Shown: positions 41,881-53,915, numbered from the stretch's first letter. The stretch is 64,000 nucleotides of DNA from Paraphysomonas bandaiensis (GCA_965644295.1 CBFFRP010000238.1:186001-250000), one strand, 5' to 3'. The notes: generated by a model from the sequence alone, not told the origin. Numbers and translations: made by a program.

Positions 41881-42398
41881 TCTCGGAATGTGGCATGAAG
41901 TTGCACTTAGCATATATATGGATATCAAAATGATGAATCAGTATAAGTTAAATGTGTGTAATCAGTAGTGTTAGTATGTCATGCATCAAGTATCAGTATA
42001 TGTCGCAAAGTTGTAATAAAAACAAAATTGGTTAAGCATCAAGTACGTTTATCACATTCAACATGCTATACATACTTATATACCAATGTATGAGTTTTTA
42101 GTGAACGAAGCATTTAGTCATTTCCGCGGATTTGTAGAAAAGATAGTGAAAAATGTGCGTAGTTGAAGTGAAAAGTGATTAGTAGGTGCTTGTTATAACT
42201 TATTTTTAACGAGGTATGCTTTTATATTAACTTTGAAAATAAATTTGCATAAAATATATATTAATTATAGCGAATCCTTCATTTAGAACATATTTCAGTA
42301 TTCGCCAGATTTTCGATATCGCATATTCCAATTCACTGAAGTAACACAATTACGCCAGCTATTTAATGCACAGAGTATTGTAGCTCACAGAAATACTG

Positions 42399-44341
42399 CT
42401 AATTAGCCCAATACACATATTCATCGTTTTCATTCTGCTCTGTATCATCATACAACTTGTCTATTAGAAAAGGTGTGCTAAAAGAAGAGGGCCACAGCGA
42501 TTCGATTTGCTTCTCATTTTCTGCTTCCAGTGCGGCTACCATTTCATCTAAAGTGTCTTCATAGCGTGAATCATCTGCAAGATTTTGGCTCTCTCCAGGA
42601 TCATCATGAATATTGTAAAGCCATAGCTTTTTGGGAACATAACTTAACATCAATTTTAAGGGTGCTTTTAATAGAGCTTTGTATGAGCCACTTCGCCAAA
42701 AGAGGATATCATGAGGGGATTCAGGAAGATTTGAAAAATTCGATTGAGCAGCAAAATCACTCTGAATGCTTTTGAAATCACAATGTGCAGTATTCGCACA
42801 TGAATGTAGTTGTGCTTTAGCATATGACTGCAAAACGTAGGGAAATAAATTCACCCCATCTATATCAGAGTCATCTTTTTTACGATTGTGTCTTGGCAGC
42901 ATTGGATCACCAGCAGCGGCTGAAAGAACAGTTGGAAATATATCCATATGACTGACGACATTATCGACAAAAGTACCGGGCGGAATACGGCGCGGCCACT
43001 GCATAAACATGGGTACCCGGATTCCACCTAAACATGGCAGCACTAATATCAGACAGAGAATTCAGAATACCAAATATCTCTACCATTGAAAAAAGTACAT
43101 TTCCACCCTCTGAACGGTCTGTTTACATCTGGTTGCATTACCATATTAGATCCTCCATGGTCACTGGTAAATATTACGATGGTGTCATCGTAAATATTAT
43201 TATCTTTTAATGACTGTGTTATCGTTCCCACTGCTCTGTCCAGTGCAACTACCATAGCTGCATACACTCTCGCGCTGTGATCCGTTATAAACCACAAATC
43301 GTCGTAATCAGATCGAAGAGCCTGTAACGGAGAGTGGGGTGCCGTAAATGCAGCGTACAAGAAAAAAGGGTTGTTTTTGTTTGCAGTAATTGCCCGTGAT
43401 GCCTCAGTTGCTAGGTAATCTGTCATGTACCCATTCGGCTCAAAAAGGTCTATTCCATCTTTGTTTACTGCATACGGTGAGTTGTATAGAAAGAATTTCT
43501 CGATGACATCTTCGCCTTCATAATTAACCACACGAGGATCTGAAGAAGGAAGGTAGCTTGCGATCTTGCGTATTGCCAAAGACTCGTCAAATCCCCTTCC
43601 CTGTGGAGTTGTTGATGGATTATCACCCAAGTGCCCTACAATTTGAGTGTAATGATGCAACTCTATTTACATATTTCTTACATTTTCCCAGCATTAGAGA
43701 ACGGTATCCGTATTCTTTGAGTGCATTTTGTATTAATGTTTCAGAGAGAGGGAGATTCATGGCACTGTAGTCAACGGCTCGGGCCGCAGAGGAATTGTAT
43801 TTTCCTTTCAGTCGTCCACGCTGAGATTTGCCAAACAAAGTAGCGAGCATTGGATGCGTTGGTGTGAATTCGTAGCCCATTTTGGTTGGTTGTTTTCCAG
43901 TTAATATAGCTGCTCTGGCTGGCGAACAGGTTGCGTGGGCTGAATTGTAACATTTGAAATTCACAATACATGTACAAAAATTGTAAGCCACTCACCGGCA
44001 TATGCACTTTCGAATGCAACACCATTTCTCCCTATTGCATCAATATTAGGAGTCGATATATTACCGCCGTTCAAACCACCCCCAAAGAAAGATATATCGT
44101 TAAACCCTAAATCATCGGCAACGATTAGAACAACATTCGGCAATGCAGCTCTGGCATCCAGTGTCGGGAAAAAGTTGTCAGAGGATGTTGTTGTCCAGAC
44201 AACTTCATGATTCTTAGCAACGGGGTTACTAATATGCCATAGTATACCAGGAATATATAGCCAGTACTTGTGAAATAAGCCCCATATCAAGGCAATGCCT
44301 ACAGCAGTCACCGCACTCAGTCTTCTGATAACAAATTTCAT
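42399..44341 (-). CDS. Formylglycine-dependent (S1) sulfatase with an N-terminal membrane anchor or signal, multi-exon
   Basis: PNVVLIVADDLG, TPNIDAI, CSPARAAILTG (CxPxR), GK-W-HLG split by an intron, FTAPHSP, FTSDHGG, RGWK, GGIRVPM and LYNIHDDPGESQNL. Confidence 0.93.
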
Positions 44342-44759
44342 GCTATGGTACTTTGTCAAGACGATCTACTCTAACTGGCAACAGTATGAGTGGAACTATA
44401 CTCTACGAGAATGTAGCACCTTCGCCATTGTTGGTGTTGCAATACCAACGGCGAAGCTATACTATTTGCTACACAGTTGTGTTGTTGAGCCCCCTTTGCA
44501 AGCACTTTCTTGACACAAAAAGATTTTTCCAGATATCGAAACGTGCTGAATTTACAACGTGCAATAAATACTGTCTACGTATATAGCAGTATTCCGTATC
44601 TACTCCCAAAAATCCGCCTCGATTGACACTTTCATTTCTTCTCGACCAAAAATTATTAGCAGGCAGGTGCTCACTCGCCACTGAACCTCCTCTCATTGTA
44701 ATATTCTTGAAACGGAACTAACAAACAGCCATTCATTATATTAAACCAGCATATTGAAC

Positions 44760-45248
44760 ATGCGCTTATCGAGCGTGTTTCGGAGAGGAAATTTCACCTT
44801 CTCCACACTCAAATCATCAACGAAAATATCGATGCCAACACGCGCGCTTTCATCAACTAATAAGCCTATGGTGTTTGTGAAAGAGAGCGCAATCTCTCCG
44901 ACTGAAAATCCTTGGAAAGAGGTACATGATCCAAAAGGGAGTGGGTTATCCTACTGGTGGAATCCAGAAACCAACGAAACAACGGCGTTGGGTGAACCCA
45001 AGCCGGACCACTGGTTAGAAGTGAGGGACCCAGATGGTTCAGATTTGACTTACTGGTGGAATCCTGAAACAAACCAAACAACTTCGTTAGGTCAATCAAA
45101 ACCTATGTCTTTTGAAGTGAACCATAGAAATCCTTTCCAGCCAAATGTGCAGCAGCCTAGATCATTCGGCGGACACATGATGCAGATGATGGGTTTGGGT
45201 TTTGGAATTTCATTAGGCATGATTTTAATTCGATCAATTATTGGGTAG
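44760..45248 (+). CDS. Small intronless protein: mitochondrial-presequence-like N-terminus, two WW-like repeats, C-terminal Gly-rich hydrophobic helix
   Basis: The N-terminus MRLSSVFRRGNFTFSTLKSS is R/S/T-rich with no acidic residues. Repeats are W-x-EV-x-DP-xGS-xL-xYWWNPETN-xTT (2x). C-terminus QPRSFGGHMMQMMGLGFGISLGMILIRSIIG. Confidence 0.8.
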   Translation: MRLSSVFRRGNFTFSTLKSSTKISMPTRALSSTNKPMVFVKESAISPTENPWKEVHDPKGSGLSYWWNPETNETTALGEPKPDHWLEVRDPDGSDLTYWWNPETNQTTSLGQSKPMSFEVNHRNPFQPNVQQPRSFGGHMMQMMGLGFGISLGMILIRSIIG

Positions 45249-45595
45249 TTGTGATATATTAGAAAGAGCACTAATGCTTACTTCCACAAAAATGTAAAAT
45301 GTGCAAGTGTTTATATTCATACAGCACAAACTAATGAATAAAGATGAAATACATGAATGCTAAGGGTATTGTTGTTATAGTCATTGATTAAGTTTTGTAA
45401 TCCTTCTTCAAACAAGTTTATCTCAGTTTATATTTCCTCCACTATATCATTTATTCAAGTTTTTTATTTTTGGTTTCTTTCCCATGAACTTGTGAACTTC
45501 ACAGTCATACCTATCGTATGTCTTTTGAAGTGAATCACAGCAATCCTTTCCAGCCAAATGTGCAGCAGCCTATATCTCATTCGAAAAACCGAACC

Positions 45596-46053
45596 AGTGA
45601 CACTTATTGGTGCCCTTTGTACCACACAAGCATTCGGCTATGAGTGGGCAGAAGAAATCTGCTGACTATGTTTGCGGCTCACGTTAGTTTCCCAGAGAGA
45701 ATCTCTCCGGTACTTATCCCCCAAAACACAACGAAAAAGTGCGACTCCGACTTTGTTGAGGGTGTGTGGTACAAGGGACACTAATTAGTGTCACTTTTTT
45801 GGTATTTTGGACTGCCTGCTGAAGTCAAGCATCAGGGCTGTTCACCTTCAACTCAAAAATCCTGAAGTCAGCAGATATCAGGTGTATACACATTCTGCGT
45901 TTGCTTTGAGTAATAGAACAACCTTGGTGCTTGCGGTGACGCACAAGCAGTTTTTGTAGCGTTAAATAGTAGGTTATCAGAGATCAGAGTTAAGCACTAC
46001 ATTAGTTTTGACTCTCTAACACCTATTGCTAATAATAAGACATTACTACTAGT
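45596..46053. repeat. Dispersed modular repeat: inverted A (45596-45760), then A-tail, B and C on +
   Basis: 45596-45760 is the reverse complement of 35915-36090. From 45763 the sequence reads GTGTGGTACAAGGGACACTAATTAGTGTCAC, then module B, then module C. Confidence 0.85.
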
Positions 46054-46089
46054 TTAGTTGCAACATTTGAAATTCGGACAGAAGTAGTA

Positions 46090-46142
46090 ATTTCAACTTT
46101 AATTGACTACAACCTGTGTCAATTAATTGTTACGCAGCCCTG
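46090..46142 (+). mobile_element. Solo hAT terminal fragment
   Basis: TAATTGACTACAACCTGTGTCAATTAATTGTTACGCAGCCCTG matches the 19873 end. Confidence 0.8.
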
Positions 46143-46352
46143 TTCATTGCTGGCGTATGATACTAATATGTTGTAATAGTTTAAATGTTTCAATGTCTAT
46201 CTAACAATTGTATTGCAATATATAGTTCCCTAGCCCTGACGTATATCACTATCAATATTATTACTCCATGAAAGTTTTAATTTCTGGAAGTGTGTCTACA
46301 TAAACTACACGCTAAGCCGACTGTTGAAAGCGAATACATTGCAAAATATAAT

Positions 46353-47657
46353 TCATGACAGATGACTTGGTGATTCATCAAATAGGTGGCTAAGAATGTA
46401 AGCCTGTGATAATATTGGTTCTACTTCTTCCTCTCCCCACTCCGAGGTGGGTAGATCCTGTAGAAACAGCAGAATGTCTTGGAACTGCATAGACCGCAAA
46501 TTCTCACTGTACATCTTGAGCAGGACGGCACACACATATACATGAAAGTTCTCAAACCCAGTTCTCTCTTCTGATAAATACGTATCCCATACCCTCAGTA
46601 TTGCCCTTAGTGGGATTTCTCTCAAGAGCACGCAGTTCATCCAACGAAATGCAAACTGCATATACTGCACACATTGCTCTTGAAAATGTTGATGCAAATC
46701 TATATCTATACGACGAATCAGATCCTCAAGGCGCAAAACCATACGCTGCAATCCCGGTTGAGAAAATGTATAATGATCTTGTATATTGTCCATGAGCTTG
46801 GTTAGACACCAGTAAGAGTCTGCCTCTACGCTGAGCACTGTCTGATCATTCAGTGAGTCTACATCACAGCGCAACACATCTTCTACGTATGGGTGCATAA
46901 AAACTAATAATATAGGGGTGAGAAGGTCATTCATTCCTTGTACGTACCCACTGGCAGGGTGTCGAATAGACCATATGTATAGAATTCGCTCCATAGCCTT
47001 TTGAATTGCAGCTTGATGGAAAAAGGGTGTATTCGGAGAAGTGCGTGGGAGGTCCACTAATATTTGCCGAAGGGTTTCACCTTCTTGAGAGGTTCTTTCC
47101 TCATCTGTTATGTTACAATAAATAGGGATTGAATCAAAATACTCTCTACGCTTTCGACTAATGGCTGTATCTCTCCGACTCTTATTCGTTGGCATATATC
47201 CTAGAAGCAGTTGCCACACCATTGGTCTGAACTCGGAAGGAACACCATTCCAACTGAGCTTTCGCAATGCATTCAAATCTACATTATCTGCACTTAACAA
47301 CTGTTCAATCTTATTGTAATGATATGTTTTTTGGGTCAACTGTCGTGGAGAAGTGGTGTTAGGCTTACTTGGGGTTCCTATGTCCAGAGAAACTTCCACG
47401 GTCGAAGAAACCGCGCCTTGCTTGGTTGTGGGTACGAGCGACGAATACGAAGATAACCCCTCTCCTGATTTACTCGACGTGAGAGAGCCATTATTATTGT
47501 GCGATTGGACTGCTTTAACAGACCCAGGTAACGGTTTTTCTCCACCACTTTTCCGCCAACGTTTGAAGAAACCGCTTCCACTTTCATCAGCACTCTCCAT
47601 ACGTAATACCTTTTATACAATTTTAAGTTTTCAGATTCCAGACCGTTGGCTTACCAT
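46353..47657 (-). CDS. GYP1: TBC-domain Rab GAP, TBC1D22/GYP1 family
   Basis: LRKLSWNGVP, IxxDxxR finger (ILVDLPRT), HPASGYVQGMNDL (Gln finger), EADSYWCL, QFAFRWMNC and FHVYVCA. Probable ATG-only first exon at 47657-47655 followed by a 45-nt GT-AG intron. Confidence 0.92.
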
Positions 47658-48033
47658 GGTGTATATTTATTGCAGCAAAACTACAACTACACTGTGTGCA
47701 ATAAACATGACTGCAATATTCTTGCAGTGCGTTGTGTGGGTGAGTTCTAAGAGGAGTTCTTGAGTTGGTAAAATGAATAATTCTTGACTGTATTTTTGGA
47801 CAAAATACATAAAAAATGGAGATGTCTAGCATGTGGTCATTTTTTCATACATGTACCAATGGATTCATTTTGACGACAAACCGGCAAACACTAACTCTCA
47901 AATCCATTGTTGAGACACATTATCAGGTGTACTGCCGATTGATCATTTGTCGAACGCGACAACGCAAATTAACTATTTCCGCATATAAGTATTGAATACC
48001 AAGAAAGACACCACCTGTCATATGCTTGGCGAT

Positions 48034-48775
48034 ATGGGAGAGTCGAATGTGAAGACACCACTGCTGAGAGAACATACCTCTGTTGATTTCGATTTTATTC
48101 TGAAGGTTCTCATTGTGGGCGATTCTGTGGTCGGGAAAAGTCAACTATTCAAAAGGTAAAACCCAACAGTATCTAGTATAGGTTGGGCGCTTATATGTAT
48201 GCGTCAGGTTTGCTGGTGAACCTTTCGTTGAAGAGCACGAATCGACGCAAACAGTGGAGTACAGACATAGATATATTGATACGGCTAAGAATCGATGTAA
48301 AGTACAAGTTTGGGATTGCGTATCCACTGCGTCAAAAGCTGTTATGACGTCGATATATAAAGGATCTAATGCTGTGATTCTTTTATTCGATGTGACCAAT
48401 TCCGAATCTCTTCGTTCCATTCCAGACTGGTTGCATGAAATTAGTGGTTATGCACCTGCTGGTGTATCTGTGTATCTTGTCGGAACGAAGATTGATGATG
48501 AGCACCGAGAAGTGTCCACTGGTGAAGGAGAGTATGTTGCGGACAAACACGCCCTCCAATATTTCGAAGTGTCATCTAAAACAGGAGCAGGCGTGGACTC
48601 TATTTTCAATAAGATAGTTCACGACTTGGAAGATTCTACTGTTGGTGCGAGGGATGCTAAGGAAGGTAGGATATCAGTTGCAGAAAAATCAACGAGGGAA
48701 TATAAAGATGATAAAGGAGTTGATGAGTTTGAAGATGGTGAGAAGTCATGCTGTCCCTGCTGCTCTGTCATGTGA
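48034..48775 (+). CDS. Atypical Rab-family small GTPase (two exons, intron 48156-48207; alternative in-frame ATG at 48022)
   Basis: FDFILKVLIVGDSVVGKS (G1), STQTVEY (G2 region), VQVWDCVSTAS (aberrant G3), YKGSNAVILLFDVT, VGTKID (G4), FEVSSK (G5), C-terminus CCPCCSVM. Confidence 0.88.
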
Positions 48776-48938
48776 CAGTTGCGTGTGCCCGATATCTTTG
48801 TCTGAATTGGTATAAGTTTTTTTGGGAATTACTTGATATAGTGCTGATGTTTCTGCGTGTGAATGGTAGAACGTTGAATTAAGGAATTATAGTTTGCTTT
48901 TATTGTTGCACGGCATTCATTGTTGCTTCTGGCTATTG

Positions 48939-49190
48939 CAGGGCTGCATATCTATTAATTGACGCAGGTTGTAGTCAATTATAATTGTAATTATTACTTG
49001 CTGTCCCAATTAATTGAATTACAATTAATTGCAGTTAAATGACACCAAACTACGTACTCAAGCAGCTCTACAATAGCTGCCAACATCGCTTGCTCAACTG
49101 CTCAAATGTAATTTTATGCCAGAGGAGACGATTCACGTGTAAAAACAGAAGTAGTTCTAAAGCCGAGGGGTCATATTCTTGCGTGTTGAG
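48939..49190 (-). mobile_element. hAT 3' terminal remnant
   Basis: Begins CAGGGCTGCATATC...GCAGGTTGTAGTCAATTATAATTG. The minus strand encodes ALELLLFLHVNRLLW, the hAT dimerisation tail. Confidence 0.8.
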
Positions 49191-49424
49191 TTTTGCTATT
49201 TGAGAGCAATTGAAAGCTGTAGTTGTAAGGTATTTAAATTATAACAGTGACAAAAAATATAGAGTTTACAGTTGTGGTTAGCTGTATTATGAGAATTAAT
49301 ATTATGATAATAAGTACATAGCAGTGAGACGGAAATATAGTGACCATGCAAGATAGTGACAATATCAAGATAGAGATAACATGAAATTTATAATTCTTAG
49401 TTCTTAGCATTTATTAGTTAAACG

Positions 49425-49590
49425 GAAGTGGTCGCACCTTGGTGCTTGCAGCTTCAGTAGCGCTAAATAGTAGGATAATAGAATTTGTGCTGATTAGTTA
49501 TGGGTATAGGTCTAAATAGTATATCTAGCATTCAACTAGCCACTACATTGGTGCAGGTTTTTAACGCCTATTGCTAAATAATAAGACTTT
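49425..49590 (+). repeat. Dispersed repeat module C head plus the segment shared with 21545-21628
   Basis: GGAAGTGGTCGCACCTTGGTGCTTGC...TAAATAGTAGGATA, then GGTCTAAATAGTATATCTAGCATTCAACTAGCCACTACATTGGTGCAGG. Confidence 0.8.
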
Positions 49591-49619
49591 ATTTCAATAA
49601 GACTTACCTTCAGTAGTTA

Positions 49620-51500
49620 AGTTAAAACTACTCAAAAGATGTCAATTTTTATGGCAGCGGATGGTAGTTTTGCAAACATTTTGGACTGGAAACAGCTTCC
49701 GAAATTCGATCAGTTTGGTGTAGAGAACCGGATGAATCGAGCAAGAGTTTGTCTTATAAGGAAGAACTGGAATCATCTACTTGGATTAGAAGAGCGCCCG
49801 CAATGACCTGCTGACATTGCATCCACAGCTATCAAAAACAAGAATAGAGAAGACCTAAACAAATGGCTTGAGCAAAAAGACACGTGCATAAGTTTCAACT
49901 TTTAAATCTAGTTAGGGAAATAGAAAGTAGGGGAAATGTGATCGTTGGAAGTTAATGTAGTTGTTATACCCGTTGAATATTATTTCAGTATTATTCATAA
50001 TAATTCAGTATATTGTAATAATTATTATTTTAATACCTCTTTGAATTTGTGTGAAGAGCAAGAAGGGATGCGGAAATGTATCACCTCAAAGAGCAAGCAA
50101 CTCCCAATTCTGAAGGATCAGAAGAGAGGAGGGAGAGGTAAAAGAAGTGAAAAGTCTTATCTTCTTCCCGTGACAAGAAGAGATGGAGAAAAGGGGATAT
50201 CCGCCTCCTGAGATAGATGAGCAACCAAATCTATTCCTTATACTTTAATGGTTTGGCGGATAAGGAGATTAATGAATTTTGTGATAAACTCGCTAAAAAA
50301 GAAATTCTAAGGGCACACATTTGAAAGGGCTGAAATCATCGCATCTAAAGCGACGATACATATCACGCGACAGCTGGAATTTTTGATAGTCCGATGATTA
50401 TTGGTTGAATCCAAACCAAATATCAACTGAAGAGTTTGTCACAATGGTTAAGACAAACTTATTTTTAGCAGAAAAGGAAGTAAGAATATTCCGATAAATC
50501 GGATCCTCTCCGAAGGTTCATAGAAAATATTCTTTCTTTGACCTATAAGAGGTTACAGTCGCTATTCACACTCCTCTAGTGTTTTTATAACACAGCATAC
50601 CACTACTGAGTGAGTTGTATAAAGCTGATTCCAGAGGATGAGCTTACAGAGGATACTACTCAGACTATTATTAAAGATTTTTGAAGAAAAACATTAAGCA
50701 GAAATATATAGCTACTCGTGCATTATACGTAAGCATTCTGAAGAGAAGTTTATTGCTGATTTATGGCACAAAAAATACGAAGCATTCTGCCGAAAAGTGC
50801 TAGTTCATAGCACAAATCTGAGTATATTATATAGTCTTGTAGTTAAGAAAGTTAATCGGTTGGTAGCTTTTTCGATCCAGCCAATATTTGGTTAATCAAG
50901 TCTTATAAGTTTACTAAAGTACTTCGAAGACGACATCTTCGAGTTCGTCATCTAGTACTAAAGCATCAACTGGTCCAAGAGAGGCTTGTTGGATATATGC
51001 GGAATCCTCATATAGGGGTGACTGGCATCGCAAATTTGCCGCATTCCCAGGTTTTTTGTAAACTCCAAGAACCAATGGCTTGTTAACAATAAATAAGGCA
51101 TGATAAATGCCACGTGTGTGGTCCCAAAACCTGTGCTTGGGATAATTATGAGAAAAAGCCTTTGAAATATGCGGCCATGGGATGGAACAGCTGTTCATAA
51201 GTGGAAAGTCCTGATGGTCCTTCACGATCTAAAACAGGTACGTTTTATATATAAATGTAATTGGAATGAATGATGATTTATTTGCTGAATGTTCTTGTAT
51301 ATATATCCTAATGCTAATGTTAAAGTGCAGCGGGTAAAATTAAAGGAAGACCTTAGCGTTAAAGCTTTATTGAATATTGTGGGGCTACCGGACACAACTT
51401 CATCAGCCGAAAATGTTTCGAATATGTTAGTTACTAAAATAGGTATAATATATATTTCCATAATATTATAGAGCTGCCATATAATATGTAGTGCATTGGA
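49620..51500 (+). pseudogene. Heavily decayed non-LTR retrotransposon fragment with RNase H-like motifs
   Basis: Frameshifted motifs appear in RNase H order: IFMAADGSFA (about 49642), EVKS (about 50145) and INEFCDKLAK (about 50270). Many stops. Confidence 0.4.
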
Positions 51501-52410
51501 GAATGCTTTTAGTATTAACGAACTTGTCCTAGGTTTTTAAAACTTATATTACATCTACCCTTTCTCTTGTGCTCGTTTTATTTACTGTCATCCACTGCTT
51601 GATTGACATAATGTGTTTTCCCCCTGAACTTTGTATCGCATGCTTGCTGAATGATGTGCTTTTATACCGTTTCTGATTAGACTGCTTGATCTTGCATATA
51701 TATATCACATCAATATTTGCTGTATACAGGCTGCAACAGAATTATTCACGATTCTTATCGTGGTGTTGCTGCAACACATCAATCACAAACACCAATATTT
51801 TATTTTACAAATAATATCTTTAACAGCTACACTACACAGTTACTATATTTTTAGTTTCTTTGTATACTTAGTAGCTACTCTTATTGTAGTCCTGTAGATT
51901 ATGAATTTTATTGCTGCATAGAATACAGAATACAGGATAGCTGGATAGCTATTAGTGATAGACTTCAGCAAGCTTTAAGTACTACGTACGTAGGAGTTGG
52001 TTGTAGCTTAATAAATATTGATGAGTAGTAGAGAGTGTATAAATGTAGCGAATGACAATGAATGATATGAGATGTTGATTATAACTATACTAATTACTTA
52101 ATGAGTGAGTTCAATGTTGAGTTATATACGCTTAACCATCCTAATGCCAATTTCTGATACAGTTACTTCAGCTTTAACCATCCAAGTGCCAAACACTGAT
52201 GGAGTAATCAGTCAGACCTACATTAGTTATAGAGGGCACAAAAGTTGCAATGAATCGACAACTTAACGCTAAAAACCCAATTGAAGCAGTTGAATAAAGC
52301 TATGCATACATTAGCCGCCCCTTAAGAGTACAAAGGAATCCTTCACCAAATTCAAATACAGTTGTGGCAGGTTGGAATTATCGCGTTGCTGCGTAAAAAG
52401 AACCATATCT

Positions 52411-53915
52411 CTAAGAACCCAAATTCTCTGCTGACGATTCCACAGCCCTGATTTCATGAAAGTAGGGATGCGCCATGGCCTCCTGTGCGGTGAGTCTTTC
52501 CTGATGGTCGTAACGAAGTAGGCCAGACAGAAAACTCATCGCCTCTTCCGACACTAAGTGCTGGTTCTCCGGTGTAATAAACCGTGTCCAAGACTTCTTT
52601 GAGTGTCGTCCAATAAGTCCATCGAAATGGGAGTCTAGTTCAAGGTCATACCGGTCAAGATACTCGAATAACTCATCTGTACCAAGAACCTAAGAGCCAA
52701 TAAAAAAAGAACATATCAGCAATTAAACATACCAACACCACTGCAAATATAATTGATATTACCAGCATTCGCAGTACATATACAATACTATCAGATACAG
52801 CACGATAAAATTTGACGCAAACATATTAACACGCATCGATATATACACTCACTATGAGGACACAATAATATACCCCAATTGTATATACACAGTGAAGATG
52901 GCGCTTCCAGAGAATACATATGAATTAGTTACACACGCAGTAAATTCACTGAACACAATAAAGTGTTCTCATATGTAACAGGTGGCTTAAAACCTTGGCA
53001 ATCTTAACGAGCTGGTCGTAGTTGTCCTGTCCGTGAAAAAAGGGCTCCTTGCGAAATATAAGTCCCGCGAACATGCAACCCAGAGACCACATATCGAGAC
53101 CATAATCGTACTCCTGAAGGTCCACAAGCAATTCTGGACCTTTGAAATACCTAGATGCTACACGAACATTGTATTCGCGACCTGAAACAAAGCACAGAAC
53201 AACAGTAGCATCAATTAGAATTATCAACACACATTTACTCGTATTGAAATGCAGTGAATACATGGACGTCATACCAGGGTGGTAAAACTCTGCCAGGCCC
53301 CAATCAATCAGACGAAGCTGCCTGTTTTCATGATCTATCATTACATTATGAGGTTTTACATCGCGATGCATAATCCCATTTGCATGGCAATAGTCAAGGG
53401 CCTTGAGAAGCTCATATATATAGTAACGAATATCATAATCTCCTAAAGTAGGGTATAGGACTTTAAAATCTGTGTTGTTAATATGTTCAAAAATGAGAGA
53501 AGGGGTTTTAGATTGCGGGTCGCGAACAACATCTAGCAGCTTTATAATATTGGTTCCTCCACAGAGGTTCTGTAGAATTTTAATTTCTCTCTTGATTTTC
53601 TTCTTTTTCACAGGTTTCAGGATCTTCACTACACACTTCGTGTTGGTAAGACTATTCATTCCTTCAAAGACCTCACTATACTTTCCCCTGCCAATTTTTC
53701 GGATAACCTCATAATCATCTTGATCGCTATAATAGACAATGTTGCAGTGTGAGTTCAATAAAAAGAAATGATATTAGATTTACCCCCAATTGATTGAAAG
53801 ATTTTCATAATCCCAATATTCCGGAGGACGGTGGACATTGACATCCGCATAAACGCTACAATTATACATGAAATACGTATGTGAAATTACGAATGACACA
53901 CCGTGCTCTTGACAT
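52411..53915 (-). CDS. CKA1: Casein kinase II catalytic alpha subunit, multi-exon
   Basis: MSRAR-VYADVN...[59 protein letters not shown] and [20 protein letters not shown]. Stop at 52411-52413. Confidence 0.97.

Noticed and set aside
46040-46055. Helitron 3' end (CTAG) for module C
   Set aside because: CTAG ends only some copies, and no subterminal GC-rich hairpin or TC 5' end was found.
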